This document shows positions 1 through 13,100 of a stretch of 64,000 bases of DNA, piece by piece. This DNA comes from Cirrosporium novae-zelandiae (lineage: Eukaryota): positions 434,001-498,000 of the forward strand of contig JAPETS010000002.1 in assembly GCA_026023565.1 (NCBI GenBank), in the 5' to 3' direction. The translations under genes and the position numbers were made by a program. The notes beneath the pieces are model-generated. The model saw nothing but the letters and a program-made list of their open reading frames with translations, was not told the DNA's origin and ran no database searches. Position 1 is the first letter of the stretch, and each line of letters opens with the position of its first letter.

Positions 1-277
1 TTTGGCTAGATTTACAAAAAGCTGGTATAAAGGATCAGGATTTTGTTAATGCTGCTAAAGAGGAGGGAGTTAGCGTTCTTGATGGAAGAATTGTGACACA
101 TCACCGTGAGTTCAATAGTCATTCTTTTGCATTGAGAATCTTACCTTTTGTTATCACGTACTCTAACGAACGGAATGCGATTCTACGCCTACAGAAATAA
201 GTCTTCGTGCTGTTGACGCTCTTGAGCGTGTTTTCATACGTGTTCTCGCCGGTAAGAACACGGATGCACAGTTATGA
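1..277 (+). CDS. GLY1: Low-specificity L-threonine aldolase, 3' end (5' part outside window; intron 106-194)
   Basis: Spliced translation WLDLQKAGIKDQDFVNAAKEEGVSVLDGRIVTHHQISLRAVDALERVF...QL* resembles the fungal threonine aldolase C-terminus (WLDL..AG...GR.V.H.QIS). Intron GTGAGT...CTAAC...CAG; stop TGA 275-277. Confidence 0.7.
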
Positions 278-476
278 TAAGCCCATATTTACGAGACGAA
301 TACTTGGATGAAGATATTAGGTTTTCAGGCAGGTTGACACTTAAAAAGCTAATTCTATTCCCACTATATGAACATATTTTATGAAAGTATTCATCTGTTC
401 GACTAAATGGCCCATTTCAATATATGTTATATTTTGTCTTCCTGTCTTCCTTGACCCACCGGCCCGTCAAAATACT

Positions 477-1223
477 TCAGTTTCTGAGTTCAAACCTTGA
501 GGCAAAGGAGAATCCATAGTATACAGAACTCAGAATAGTAATGAGATTAAGATGAATGCTCATAGCGTGCGCCCTAGAGAAAGCTCTATTTAACCGGGTC
601 ATATCTTCGCTCACATCTTCTAGATCATTACATTTGCGCCCATCTCGAGTTTCTAGAAGATATTCCGATTAGCCGCCCATGTTTCCCCAAATTCATCAAC
701 GAAGCAGCAAATGGAATTACCTTGGTGTACTCGCTCCATCATGATGGAATTAGTACGCGGTCCAAACACCATTAAATTTGATATGGCGCTTGCTAGCATA
801 ATCCCGAATGTGATAGCATCATGGGCCTTCTGGCTCATGACCAATGAGCTAATTGAAGCCGGTGGGTGCGTAACGGCGGTAGCGATAATAAGCAGGGTCT
901 GTATTTGAAAGTATGCAGGAAATACCCGCTTCTGAAGCTGGGTGAATTGCGAAATTGGGAGCGTGCGATGACATATCTTTGTCATAATAAAAGTCTAGGA
1001 CATATCATGTATGTCTATTAAAACAAAACCTTTGGAAGGTCATTGGGCTCACCAGATACTCACTTGGTATAGTTCTGTGCCTAACAATGTTCCATATGTT
1101 CTAAAGCACCAAGGATGTAAGTAGTATTCCTCATATCTCTCCATATTGTCTTGCCTTTTGCAATTGAAGAATCTTGGAGAGAAAGACCTACAAAATATGA
1201 AAAGGTTGTAGCGAGAGAGACAT
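477..1223 (-). CDS. DUF4149/TMEM205-like membrane protein (4 exons)
   Basis: Spliced MSLSLQPFHI..YGTLLGTELYQTFIMTKICHRTLPISQFTQLQKRVFPAYF...LNRAFSRAHAMSIHLNL matches the family pattern as recalled; ORF 653-985 is the middle exon. Confidence 0.75.
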
Positions 1224-1946
1224 GTCTGTTATGCTGGATCACCCGTGAATCCTATACCCTTGAGAAACTGTCCACAGAGAGGAGATAGGATAATGTAAAA
1301 TGTGAATCCCGGGTCAATTGAATGAAACTATCGAGCTGGTACAATTGGATTGATACATCTAGATTGGTTTATATAGTCAAAGCATGTTTATCGTTGCCTA
1401 GCAGGGTGTAGATGAAGGATCCTAATTTATAACACTAGTTCTATTTTCAGGTTCCTTGAATAACCTTGAGTTGGACATCAAGCCTGTAAAGCGTCTTGGA
1501 AATGTATACCTCGAAATTTCGGTGTGCATTTTTCCATGAGAATTGATACCAAAGTTGGACGTAGTTATCTCGCGGCTTTTTGCTTTCGCCCGCGGCCTGG
1601 GTACTACGGTAAGATTCGGGACTACTATCGGCCCGCATTTTAAATCATCATTTGCCCTAAACACCCCCCTAAAGCGGACAGGCAACAGCTTTTCAACCTA
1701 CCACATTATCTTATAATTATGGTGCAGGTTATTGTTGATTATTCGTCCATTATGAGCACATTATGATTGGCCTTTGTGGTTTTAGATTTTCTCATGCTCT
1801 TAATATTGCTGCCTGAATTATCATGCTGCAAAGTACTTTATTCCTTGTGGTTTCAATGATGGAACGTGGTAAATTGACACCACTCCGCAATATTAGCCTT
1901 TGCTTGAAGCTTCCAACAAATTAGCCCTTTCAGAAACATTTAATTC

Positions 1947-2387
1947 ATGGCCTCTTCTAACAATGTTATTGGTACCTCCAAAGTCATTGCCTCCATAGCC
2001 TCTCCACCCGAATCAGGTCGTTCGGTGTGCCCTCTTCGCCGCCTTGACCGTAAGGCCATCTCACAAGCCATCGATGGAATTGCTCGTGGCCAAATAATAC
2101 TCCCTCCTTCCCATCATATTTGTATGAACAACTTCCGCCAGAACGAAGACTTGATCAAAGGCCTAGATGATCGATTTGGCAATGATCAGGATGCAATGCT
2201 ACTAAGTCTCTGGGAGACACACAAACCCTTGTTTGAGAGGCGACGAAGGAAAGACAAGAACCAAGCTATCACTGAATGGTTGAAGAGGACTTCGACGCCG
2301 GAAAACCTTTCCACCGATGATCTTACTCCTCATGAGGAAAATATCGATGCTATAGATGCGGAAAGCTCGAGAACAGAGGACAGATAA
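1947..2387 (+). CDS. Hypothetical orphan ORF (146 aa)
   Basis: ATG-initiated 146-codon ORF with protein-like composition in an intergenic gap; no family recognised. Confidence 0.35.
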   Translation: MASSNNVIGTSKVIASIASPPESGRSVCPLRRLDRKAISQAIDGIARGQIILPPSHHICMNNFRQNEDLIKGLDDRFGNDQDAMLLSLWETHKPLFERRRRKDKNQAITEWLKRTSTPENLSTDDLTPHEENIDAIDAESSRTEDR

Positions 2388-3253
2388 TTATGTGTACCGA
2401 AAATTGCTAATTTTGTGTTACTGCTCTAAAAAAAACTCAAGCTTCTTAGGCATTCACAATTAGTGAAGTTGATTGGGTAACACCATATTTGATCCCTTGT
2501 GCTTGGAGGAAATACTCATTTCTCTAATGAAGACCAGCCGATCTCCCAGTATTTTCGTTTGCTAAGCTTCATATCTAGCAAATGATGAAAGCGTTTCAAA
2601 AGTAGCATTGGAGAAGATTGGGATTCTTAGCGAATGAGGAAATGTTGGGAAAGACCCTTTGGAGTCGCCATTGTTCCCACAAACGCCAAACGGCCGAATT
2701 AATCGAGAATGGTTGGATATGCATCCCCAAACAAAGGAGAATCGAAGTGACCGTCAACCAGTCTAGTGAACGAATACCAGTGAATGGCTTAAGGCATCCC
2801 TCCCTTCTCATATATAATTATATCATGCCATCTCCTTTTTCCCTTCGATAATCTTATAGTTTGCACTATTAGCAGCTACCAATATCTTCAAGAGCTGCAG
2901 ACTTTCTTTGCTTACCTTGACTATATATTTGCATGGAATGTTGCGGGAATATATTTATTTAATGCTTAGTTGTAGTGACGAAAGAAATGGATGATAATAG
3001 AGAGTTGAAGGTTCCGGAGAACCGGAGTTAAACGGACCGTGTAGACCCTAAATGACGTGCGTAAAGGCCGAACGAGGTCTCAAAGGATATCTGGCTGCCT
3101 GAACTATTTGATCCTTTTGTCACCTGGAATTTTTCTTTCTTTATTTTCGTATTTCTTCTCAAAACATAAAGATAGACCCCGTCGGTTTACTGATAGATAT
3201 TCATTCTCTAAATTATGAAAACATGAGGTGATATAGCAGGCCTCGCAATCACT

Positions 3254-5443
3254 ATGCGTTCTTTCTACTCTACTCAGTCGTCCTGCATTCTCAGAAGCCA
3301 ATATAGAACCTCCTCTCATCTGTTATTCAGCCATGGCTCCAAACATCGGCTCCAGCTCTCTACTAATGCTTCCAATTTAAAAACTCCTCTCCAACAAGTC
3401 AAGCCACCGCGAACAAGGCGTCGCTTTCTAAAAGCTACCCTCTACTCTGGATCCTTACTTGGCGCCCTCTACCTCTACGATAACACTTACAATTATTCAA
3501 TTTATACCCGCGGAGTTCGTGCTGCAGTAACTCTTTCTACAATCGCTATTGATAATTGGTTTCATAAAGATCTCGAGGATGGTGATCCCCGCCTCAGCGC
3601 CCTTCTTGAAAGAGTTGCAGGTCGGATGAGCAATCTTATTCTTGAGAATGGTGGAATTTACATGAAAATCGGACAGGCCATCGCATTGAATGCGCGAATG
3701 ATGCCGGCCGAGTTCCGCGTCAAGTTTCAGCGATTCTTTGATGATGCGCCGACGGTCGGGCTGGACGAAATCGAGAGGGTGCTAAGGGAAGAGTATGGGA
3801 TAACTGATCCAAACGTGAACGTTCTGGACACTATATTTAGTCCTGGAAGCTTTGAGCCCGAGGCTGTGGGAAGTGCGAGTATAGCGCAAGTACATCGGGC
3901 ACGGTTAAGGGAAACAGGTGAAAGGGTAGCTGTTAAGGTGCAGAAGCCAGCCATTAAATGGCAGATTGGGTGGGATTTATGGGCCATACGGTAATTCATA
4001 CTCCTTTATTGCCTTTGCCCATTATCACCGATCATCCTTATCTTCCAACCCATAAAGTTTTCCTCATGGAGACCGAATATACATTATGCCTAAGCACACA
4101 GTTATGAGGCATTAATTGGCAGCCACAATTTCCCTCCCTCTTAATTTTCTCATCTATTAATACTAAATTTATCTCCAGGACCATGGTCCGAATAATGTCC
4201 GGCTCAAAAAACTACGGTGAAGTCTTCGGAACTGTAACAGAATTCATTGCTGAACGGCTCTTCTCCGAAACCGACTTCGTGAATGAAGCTTCTAACTCGG
4301 AGAAGACTCGACAATTCATATCCCAGGAACCGGGATTAAGAGATTCGACGTATGTGCCGAAAATATTCCCAGAATATTCTACGAAACGTGTGTTGGTTGC
4401 CGAATGGATCGATGGGGTCAGCATCGCACAGAAGGAGATATTGACAGGACTATGGAAAGGAGAGGAATATGTCGGAAAGCCATTGCTGCAAAGCGAGGTT
4501 AGCCCCCATGCGTCAGATGGTCAGTCTGAGGAAGTCTATGGCCTCGGTCTCCAACCTAAGGAGATAATGAATTCTGTCATGAACCTTTTTAGCGCCCAGA
4601 TATTCAAGTCTGGGAATATCCACTGCGATCCGCACCCAGGAAACATTCTTGTTCGACGTCTACCATCAGGTGTCGCCCAGCTTGTACTTCTGGATCACGG
4701 TCTCTACATGGAAGTAACACCTAAATTTCGCCATCTTTATGCGCAGCTTTGGGATGGCATATTGAGGTTCGATAAGGAGAGCATTGTCCATGTGGCCCAA
4801 GAATGGGGAATTGGGAATGCGGACATGCTGTCTAGGATGAGTAGTATGCGTGGGCCGCCTAGACATGGGTTCCGCAGGGGAAGTAAGGCCAGCGATCGCG
4901 AAGCCGAGAAGGCACCAAAGACAGATAAAGATGAGAGTGGCCCTCCTGGTTTCCCTAGCAGACGAGAAGGCAAAAGACCCAACATGGAGGACTTCTTTAC
5001 GGATCAAAAGAAGCTACCGAAGGAACTTTTCTTCATTTTCAGAATCATGCGCACCTTGAATGGAACGAACGATATATTCAACGAGCCTGTGAGCCAGATA
5101 AAGATAATTGGTGCCTGGGCTAGCTCTACATTGTCCTCCAATGCTGCACAACAGCACCGGACATGGAGTACATGGTTCACGAGTGCCATGAGCAATCTTC
5201 GGTATTCGATGGTAATGTTGGTACGTATAGAACATTTCCCTAAGGTCCCACATAATGGATTTGTAATTGCAATAGATGTGGTTAATAGAGTATCTTACTA
5301 ATCACTCATCACAATAGGTTTTCGAATGCGTGCGGCTATCAAGGCGGGTTAAGAATGCATGGAACCCTTCGAACTCTAGGGAGAGAGCTGGCAGGCTGGG
5401 AGATATGAATGATGAGCGGGAGCTGGGTGCTGCAGCTGCATAG
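3254..5443 (+). CDS. ABC1/UbiB (ADCK) atypical kinase, probably mitochondrial (introns 3991-4178 and ~5221-5317)
   Basis: Motifs NGGIYMKIGQ, GSASIAQVH, VAVKVQ, EWIDG, HCDPHPGN, LLDHG; Arg/Ser-rich N-terminal presequence; last exon ends ELGAAAA* at 5443. Confidence 0.9.
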
Positions 5444-5891
5444 GGGTTTGACCCTGGACCCTTGACGAACATATAGAGCACTGAAACCCGTTTCAGGGCG
5501 CTGGTTGTACAGTACAAATAGTTGACTAAAGCATATATATATATATAATAGCTCTAAAAACCCCTGACCGATTGTCACAATCGTATCTCGTCGGTTAATC
5601 AAAACATAATTCCCCTCTTCAATGTTTTGGTTCTCGTATATCTAATTAGTAAACGTGCTCCCTTCCAAGAGAAGAATTGTTTATATGACCTGTTATTATT
5701 TGCGCCTTAGGCACCAATACCGGCGGTGGTACGTACTCTTCCTTCAGGGTTTCCTCGGCCTAGCAGCAGTCGGTAGCTTGCAGTGACGACCTGTCTTCAA
5801 GCTCCGACCAAGCTCCCCCCCATTTCAACAGCAATGCCCTCAAGACAACGACAATAAAACCTTCGCATTTCAGATTTTTATACTTCTCACC

Positions 5892-6684
5892 ATGGATAAT
5901 CCCACCCCTGGCACTTTGAGCTGGCGACTCAGCGCCCATCCCATAACCTTGTTGTTCTTCTTGGGCTTCAGGATAGGTATTGTGCATTATCTCCCTTCCT
6001 AATTTGATATAGGCAACAATAGCTAATGAATGTCTTGTGCTCTACAGCAAGTCTACTTGTCTACCTCTTTGGCCTTATTTTCATCAGAAGCTTGTCCGTC
6101 CTCTAATTTCGTCCTCGATCCCAACTTCCGACCACCATTTACTAACCTAACCATTCCTCCAGTATCCTCGTCTTCATCATAACTATCCTCCTCCTTTCAG
6201 CCGATTTTTACTTCCTTAAAAATATTGCTGGGCGCCGCCTCGTAGGCCTGCGTTGGTGGAACGAAGTTGAGCCTTCAGGCGACTCACACTGGGTCTTTGA
6301 ATCCTCAGATCCCAATACCAGAGAGGTTAATAAGACAGATGAACGGTTCTTCTGGCTGGCAGTATATGCGCAGCCCGCACTGTGGGTCGCGTTGGCCATC
6401 TTGGCACTGGTGAGGTTGGAAAATCCGGTTTGGTTGAGCTTAGTTGGTACGTTGAACTACTTTACAGAGAAGGGGGTAGAGCCAGAATGTTGTAATAGTT
6501 AAATGCTGACCTAGTTGAATGATACACAGTTATCGCACTTGTCCTAACTTTAACCAACACCGTTGCCTTCTCCCGCTGTGACAAATTCAGCCAAGCCACG
6601 AATATCGCATCCACTGCCTTTTACTCGGGCGGCCTCGCTAAAACCGTTGCCAATGGTTTCTTCAGCCGAATTTTTGGCCGTTGA
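5892..6684 (+). CDS. TVP23: Golgi membrane protein Tvp23 (4 exons; missed by the ORF track)
   Basis: [27 protein letters not shown]...[22 protein letters not shown]...WVFES...[10 protein letters not shown]...FFSRIFGR*; canonical introns. Confidence 0.9.
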
Positions 6685-7655
6685 TTTTCTCTCCATCGTA
6701 CTTTCTTCAATACCAAAAAAGGCCCCGGCTATTCTTTGACGGGATTCGGTGGCGGCAGCGGTGGTGGTTTCTAAATCGGTTTCCCTAGGGGGTCGAGGGT
6801 TGGGGCTCGGGGTGGTGAGGGGTTATAGGAGCATCTATAAGAGAGCCAGGCACAGTTGTGGCATCTCAATGTGACATTATCGTGTAGTTTAGACCAAAAA
6901 AAGGAGATATCGGAAGCGGGAAATTTCCGGATGGAGAAAAATGGTACCCTCTGGTGATTTTTATTTTCTTCTTCTTAGAAATCTACTTTTTTATATTTCA
7001 GGCGTGGTCGGGGTGTGTAGGTGTGGTGCAATTTTTGCTCTGGAAGCAAGTAAGGAAATAATTCACATATTTTTTTTTGCTTGTTGCTTGTTCCAAATGT
7101 TCAAATTTTTGGTCTTTGATAATGAATCAGAATATACAATTAAAGAGAGTATCATATCCATATCATATCAGTTAGTCTAGAGGCGTTTATGGATTAAAAA
7201 AAAAAACTAATTACTATATATAGTAGGAGAAACTTCAAAGCTTGGAATATTGGGATAACTACTACATACGTGGACATGCATGGTAATGGTAATGATAGTC
7301 TATTCATCTATCCCTTCCCTAAGATAGGTTTATTGGGTTTCCCGACAATGGAATGGAATGGGAAATCCTTATATCCATCTTCTTCTTGTTCTTGTTCTTG
7401 GTCAAGATCGATCAACCATCGAACTAGCATATCAGTATATCAGTATATCCGCTTCTTATTTTATCTCGTCTCATCTCGCGTACAGACGGATATACATTGT
7501 ATAGATCTACCTCTACCGACCTACACCAGCACTAGCACCAATGCTGAAGAAGCCCCTCTCCCGCCCCTAAAAGGCTAGAAAACTTGAATACGCATAAAAG
7601 AAAAAAAAAAAAAAGGCTCTTCTCCTTCCCCTTCCGCCCCATTCCAAGAAATCCC

Positions 7656-10600
7656 TTAAAGAAACCCCAAAACCCCCCCCACGCCCACCGCTCTCAAATC
7701 CTCCCTAACATCCCCCCCCTCCGCCCCAAGCCGACTTTCAATCTCCCTCTTGCGCACACACCCAATTTCATTCCACCGATCCACAACCAAGCCATCTACA
7801 ACTGCCTTCCCCGAACCGGCAGCCAGGCCCAGACCCTGACCGGAGCCGGAGCCGCCGGCAGGTGCGCGGTAGGCGCGCGGGTTTAGGGATGCAGGGTGTG
7901 GGAGAGAGGGGAGGAGGAGGGAGTGAAGCGCTGAGAGGCGCCGGTAGAGGGGCTCGGAGAGGGGGGTTAGCAGGGAGAGGGTTCCGGCTGGGGAGGTTAG
8001 GAGGAGGGAGTAGGTTGGTGGGGTTGTGGTTGGGGTTTTTGTTGAGGGGTCGTCTTCGGTGGGGGTGGTGTCCATGCCGTTGAGGGGGGTTAGGGGGGTC
8101 GTGGGAGCGATGGTGGTGGTGCTTGTGGGGCCTGTGGACGGCACCAGCGTCATGCTGCCTGGGTAGTGGCCCGTGTGGAAGGTGGTGAGGGGTAGGAGAC
8201 GCGTGCCGGAGACGGATTTTGGGTCCTCTGGGTCGAAGCCCCAGATGCGGATGTCGCCTTCGCTGTCCGCGACGACAACTTGTAGTTCCTTGCCGCCGTT
8301 TACGGGGACCAGTTCCCCGTGGATGGCTTCTAGGCCTAGTGGACCCTGCTGCTGTGCGGCTGCCCCGGCGGATTTGGGTGCTTTGGACAGTACCCGGAGG
8401 CGGTAGGGTTCTTCTTCGTACCCGACGAGCCAGAGACCACCGCGGATATCGCCGAGGAGGACGAGCCCCGTGGTGCGCAGCTCGCGGAGGATGGTTGTGG
8501 CGGCCATGACGTCGAGGAAGGCTACGGGTAGGAGGGATCCATCGTCCTTGAGGCCGCGTACTTGGATTTTTAGCCCCACCGATACGAGCAGGAAGCCCTG
8601 TGTTCCTACGCTGCTGATGTTGCTGACGCCGCCGCCTTTGACTGTTTCTGAGCAGAGGAGCTTGAGACCACGGTCTGTCTCGGGACGCGATGGGTCGGGC
8701 ACGAGTTGGATTAGTTGGAAGATTAGGATTCGTCCTGTTGTGGGGAGGTCGAGGCCGCGGATGTGGGTCGTGCCGACGCAGATGAGCGGTTGCGGGTTGG
8801 GGTTTGTTTCTGAGGTTTCGAGCGTGAGAGTGTGGAGGGCGAGGGCTACTTCGTTGGGTTCTAGCGGGTAGTTTTGGATCACCGTCCAGGTGCGGGGGTT
8901 TACGACTTTGAGGCTTCCGTGGGGGATCTGGGGGAGCAGCGAAATGTCTGCGTATGCGGTATAGACGTTAGTATTCTCAAGGTTTGTTTTAAAAAAGACG
9001 AAGAAGAGACTCTAAGGGACGAGGCTGAGAGAGAGAGAGAAAGTGAGATAGCTTATTTGGTGATGCTTTCAGAGTAGATACGTACCTTCGCTCCTCCATT
9101 CATAATGTAATTCATCGTCATTGGGTAATTTGAATCCGCTCTTCTTTGTCGTGCTTAGAACATAGCATTGTAGCTCGGCATGGTAGGTCAGTCGACGTAT
9201 TTGTTCGCCAATGCGGACGCGTTTGGTCACAAGACTAGAGTGGGTGAAGAGGTTGTTTGGTGGGAGGTTGGCAATACGGATGACTCCCTAGTGGAATGAC
9301 AAGATTTTGCATCAGAAGCTGCCCTATAAAAGCTAGAACGCTAGCAGTAGAGCAGGGGGACATACCTCAACATCCACAAAGATAAAACCTCTGCCTTTCT
9401 CTCCATAGAAGGGACTCAATGCCTTAACTGCCTTTCCTCCAGCCGTTCTAAATCCTACAACCTTCAGATCCGTTCTTGCATCCTTCAAGACAAAACTCGG
9501 ATTCGCTCCAGGCAAAAACACGGCACTGTAACCATTCAGATCTGGAAGCACGCGAAGTGGGTCTAGTTTTATGTCTGGGCCCGCTGGATCGGCTGGGAGT
9601 TCTACAGCGGCTTCGCCGGGTGGCTTTGCAAGCTGTGGGTTGGACACTTTGAGAAAGCGTAATTCTCCGGTAGATAATTTGGGGGCGGTAGAACTAGCAC
9701 CACGAGGCGAAGGAGAACGGTAGGGAGAGTATATCACTAAGTCATCAGTTGCGGCGCGAAGAATTAGGTATGGGGATTTGAATGTTTGGTCGCCTAAATC
9801 GGCCACTATGAGCTCTGTAAGGATTTCTTTGGCTTGGAGACGCTTGGGAAGGTATTCGGGCGTCAGAAAAGGGGGAAGGAAGCTGAGACCATCAGCGCGG
9901 TAGATTGGACTGCTGAGGTTAGGAAGATGAAAAACCTTTTATAGTTAGATATGGTTAGATGCATCCATGGTAATGAATTGGAGGTTATTAGTATAGCACA
10001 CCTGTAATCCTCCCTCAGCACTCAATAAGAAGACCAAGACATTCTTCCTATCGTTCCTCCCAGCATCCATCTCTCCAATGAACATGCCAGATCGATCTTC
10101 GTACAAGCACCCAGAGAGCCATTTCGTTTTCAGAACACCATCGCCTCGATCTACTTCATCCAAGTCCCCGCTGGCATCTGCTTCAAGAACAATAACACTT
10201 GAATCATCTCGCAAAACCAGCATGAAAGGGTCTGCGAAACTTGTGCTAATGACTTTTGGCTCGGCGCCAGTAAGTTCATCTGTCATTGGAAATATTTGTG
10301 CTAAGCCGAATTCTATTGAGAGGTTTCTCGTTAGCATACCCTACTTGGTTATACTGGCAATATCAAGGTGAATGGTGATCTAGATGCACATGGATGTGTA
10401 GATGGTATTGAAAATTGGCACCAAGATTTGGGAAATCTTATTTCATTGTTGCTATCAAACATGACTTGACGTCTGTTTCTGAGGTACAGAAAAAGTGCCT
10501 GCTTATATGCCAATCCAGAGAGTTTGAAATTCTCTCTACAGCACGTCTTTGCTTGGGACCTTTCTCCAATCTTGGCTGCAAATAGCAGAAATCCCGACAA

Positions 10601-12694
10601 TATGCACTCCAGTCTTGCTATATGTAGTCTCAAGCAGGGTCGTTCTCGTGGGTAAGATGTACAAATGATATGAATGGCGCTTCGCTCATTATAAAGGATG
10701 AAAAAATCATACTTGCACTTACCTGAATCATAGCTTCTGATTTCTCCTTTTAGAGCTTGAACCAATCTTGTTCCACCAGCAAGGGAGCCAACATCTATAG
10801 TGGCTCCAGCCGAAGGATCAAATTCAGTATCTTTTAGTTCTTTAACCCCGTCAGCTCCTAATTTGTAAACTATTGACTCTTCTTCTCCAGCTTTAGTTAT
10901 TTCCGAAGTTACTAGATATTTATCATAGTTTTCGTCTTTTGAAATCGTCCCGCCCTCATTTGTATTGACGTTCCTCAGGGCTTTGGCAGGCTTGGCACCG
11001 TGTATAGCCCAAGCGCCATTGACATTCTTAATATTGAGCTTCATTGAAATTTCAGGACTAATTTCCTTTTGAAATACCGATAAGCCTCCTGCTCGTTCAC
11101 GGCCACAAGTGGCGACAAGTTCAAGAGATGGAAGAATAGCATCAGGGGATGTTTGATAGGGTTTCCCTAATGCGACATCTTCCATTGGCCCAAGGTTCGG
11201 TAATGTATCATGAATCCTAAACTTGTAGCCGCCAGCTGTATCCTCAACAGACGATTTTCGTCTCGTTTCTATGACACCATCTGTTTCTGCTGAATAAAGG
11301 TCATCCTCGTCTAGATCGTCCATTTCTGTGTCACTAGACTCCTCCTCTTCGTTTGCTTTCTCGGTATTGGTTTTTCGCCTTTTAAGTTGCAATAACGGAT
11401 TGTTCCACCCAATAATAGTGGAATCCATGTCTTCGCTACCAATAAATAACCTTCCGCGGCTAATCAGACTGGAACAAGAAGCCCCCGCTGCCAGGCAAGC
11501 ACCTCCATTTTCTTCTGTTACCTGATGGATTGACAACCCAGAGACCGACCTTCCATCTATCCTGAAGCTTAAGACCGCCATATTGCCATTATTCGAAACA
11601 ATCAGCATGTCGCCGCTATCAGCGGTCAATTGTTCGACCACGCACCCTTCTAGCTTCATCCCTAAATCAGACTGATCAGCCATGGAAAAAGAGGAGCAAG
11701 CCCTAGCAAATTCGTTGACCCCTAATGCATTTGTCTTGCCCGCTTGGTCGACATGAACTATTTCATTGCTACCAAGGAGCAGTGTTCCCCCAACTGGCTG
11801 TGGGAGTGGTATAACCCTGTCCAAGTCATAAGGAAGACCAGCAACAGAAAGCAGCATCGTAGAGGCACGCTGCTCTAGATCGAGGGTGAACACCGCGTAA
11901 GAAAGTATATCCCTTCTTTCCGATAGCAATCCGGACGATGGCGACTTTGTTGAGTAAAGTATGCCAAATGTAGGTTCACGGTACTCGTAGAGAAAGGCTA
12001 GATGGATTGGGTGCCTTAGGCTATGATCAAGAGCAGATATGGGAAGGACGAAAGACGAAGAATATGGCGTTTCTGAATCTATAGACTCGGCTATGGTTGC
12101 TTTTGAAGGGGAATCGTGATTAGGTTGTTCTCCATCAAGTTCGGGGTCGTAATCATCCATAACCAAGTCATCGCCAGGCTGATGGAAAGGAAGAATCGCA
12201 AGATTACGCTGTCCAAATTTGAGGGCAGCGCATCTGCTGCTTGGATCAACTGTCAAGTAGCTTGGAGATTGTCCAATGTCAGGACCCCATGGACTTCCCT
12301 GAAGATCTTCTCGCTCATAAAGATGGATAGATATGGTAGAAATCGTATGTACTTCGGGATCCCACTGCAGTAAGCTTAGTTTTGCATCTTTGATGGAAAT
12401 CAGCAGAGCTTCACCCCCGCTTTTTGAGTTCATTATCTTAACCCGAGCAAGTGATGTTATTGTGCCCGATAGAGGGTATTCGGCAACCAAAACCAATTTA
12501 GATGTATGCGACCGATCATTTCGGATATTTGTGTCTTCAGAGGGAGCGTCATGGCTGGTAGTAGATTTAACACTGAAGATTTGAAGAAGGGATGTTTTTG
12601 CGACGATGAGGTTATTCGAAGTGGCCGAGATGAAGGGAAAGTAGATTGAATGAGTTACTGCCGTAGGAGGCGCAAGTTCAGAGTAATACTGCAT
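7656..12694 (-). CDS. CFT1: Cleavage/polyadenylation factor subunit Cft1 (CPSF160), multi-exon; intron 1 is 10313-10722
   Basis: MQYYSELAPPTAVTHS..., YSSSFVLP, FLYEYREPTFGIL and a C-terminal CPSF_A region (LLPVAFLD, LNPRAYR) across four ORF segments joined by GT-AG introns. Confidence 0.93.
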
Positions 12695-13068
12695 GGTTGG
12701 TGTTTTAGAGATTTGGAGGTGGAGGCGTCAAATTGAATGAACTAAAGTGGAGGCTTGGTCATTTCAGTAGATGTAACTCTTTTAGTTAGTAGATCTGTAA
12801 ATTAATTTTAATTTTGATCAGGTAAAGAAGACATGGTTGATTGTGGGAGGAGGATTTAGAGGAGATCAGTGAGTATTGTTGCACAATAATTACCAAGGTA
12901 CTTCAAAGTAGGGATGGATTGGATAGCTCAGTGAGGTAAGGTCAAAATAGAAGTTGGAGAGGTGGAGAATACTGGGGAGGAGTATTTGAACCACACCATC
13001 TAGTGAGTGATGCCTTGTGATCTAGGTATCCAATATATACAGTCACGTGCTTTTTCTACCAAAGTAAT

Positions 13069-13070
<2 letters not shown>

Positions 13071-13096
<26 letters not shown>
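13071..13096. repeat. (TTG)n microsatellite
   Basis: About 8 tandem TTG units seen directly. Confidence 0.9.

Positions 13097-13100
<4 letters not shown>

Noticed and set aside
7584..9077. Many antisense or overlapping ORFs over CFT1 (also over DIP2, CPA2, and the 59455 and PPR genes)
   Set aside because: Shadow ORFs from GC-rich, skewed codon usage; low-complexity products with no motifs.
10550..10600. RNase MRP/P RNA in the CFT1 intron (GAAAGGTCCC on the minus strand)
   Set aside because: No matching downstream P4 3' strand or CR-V motif could be found.
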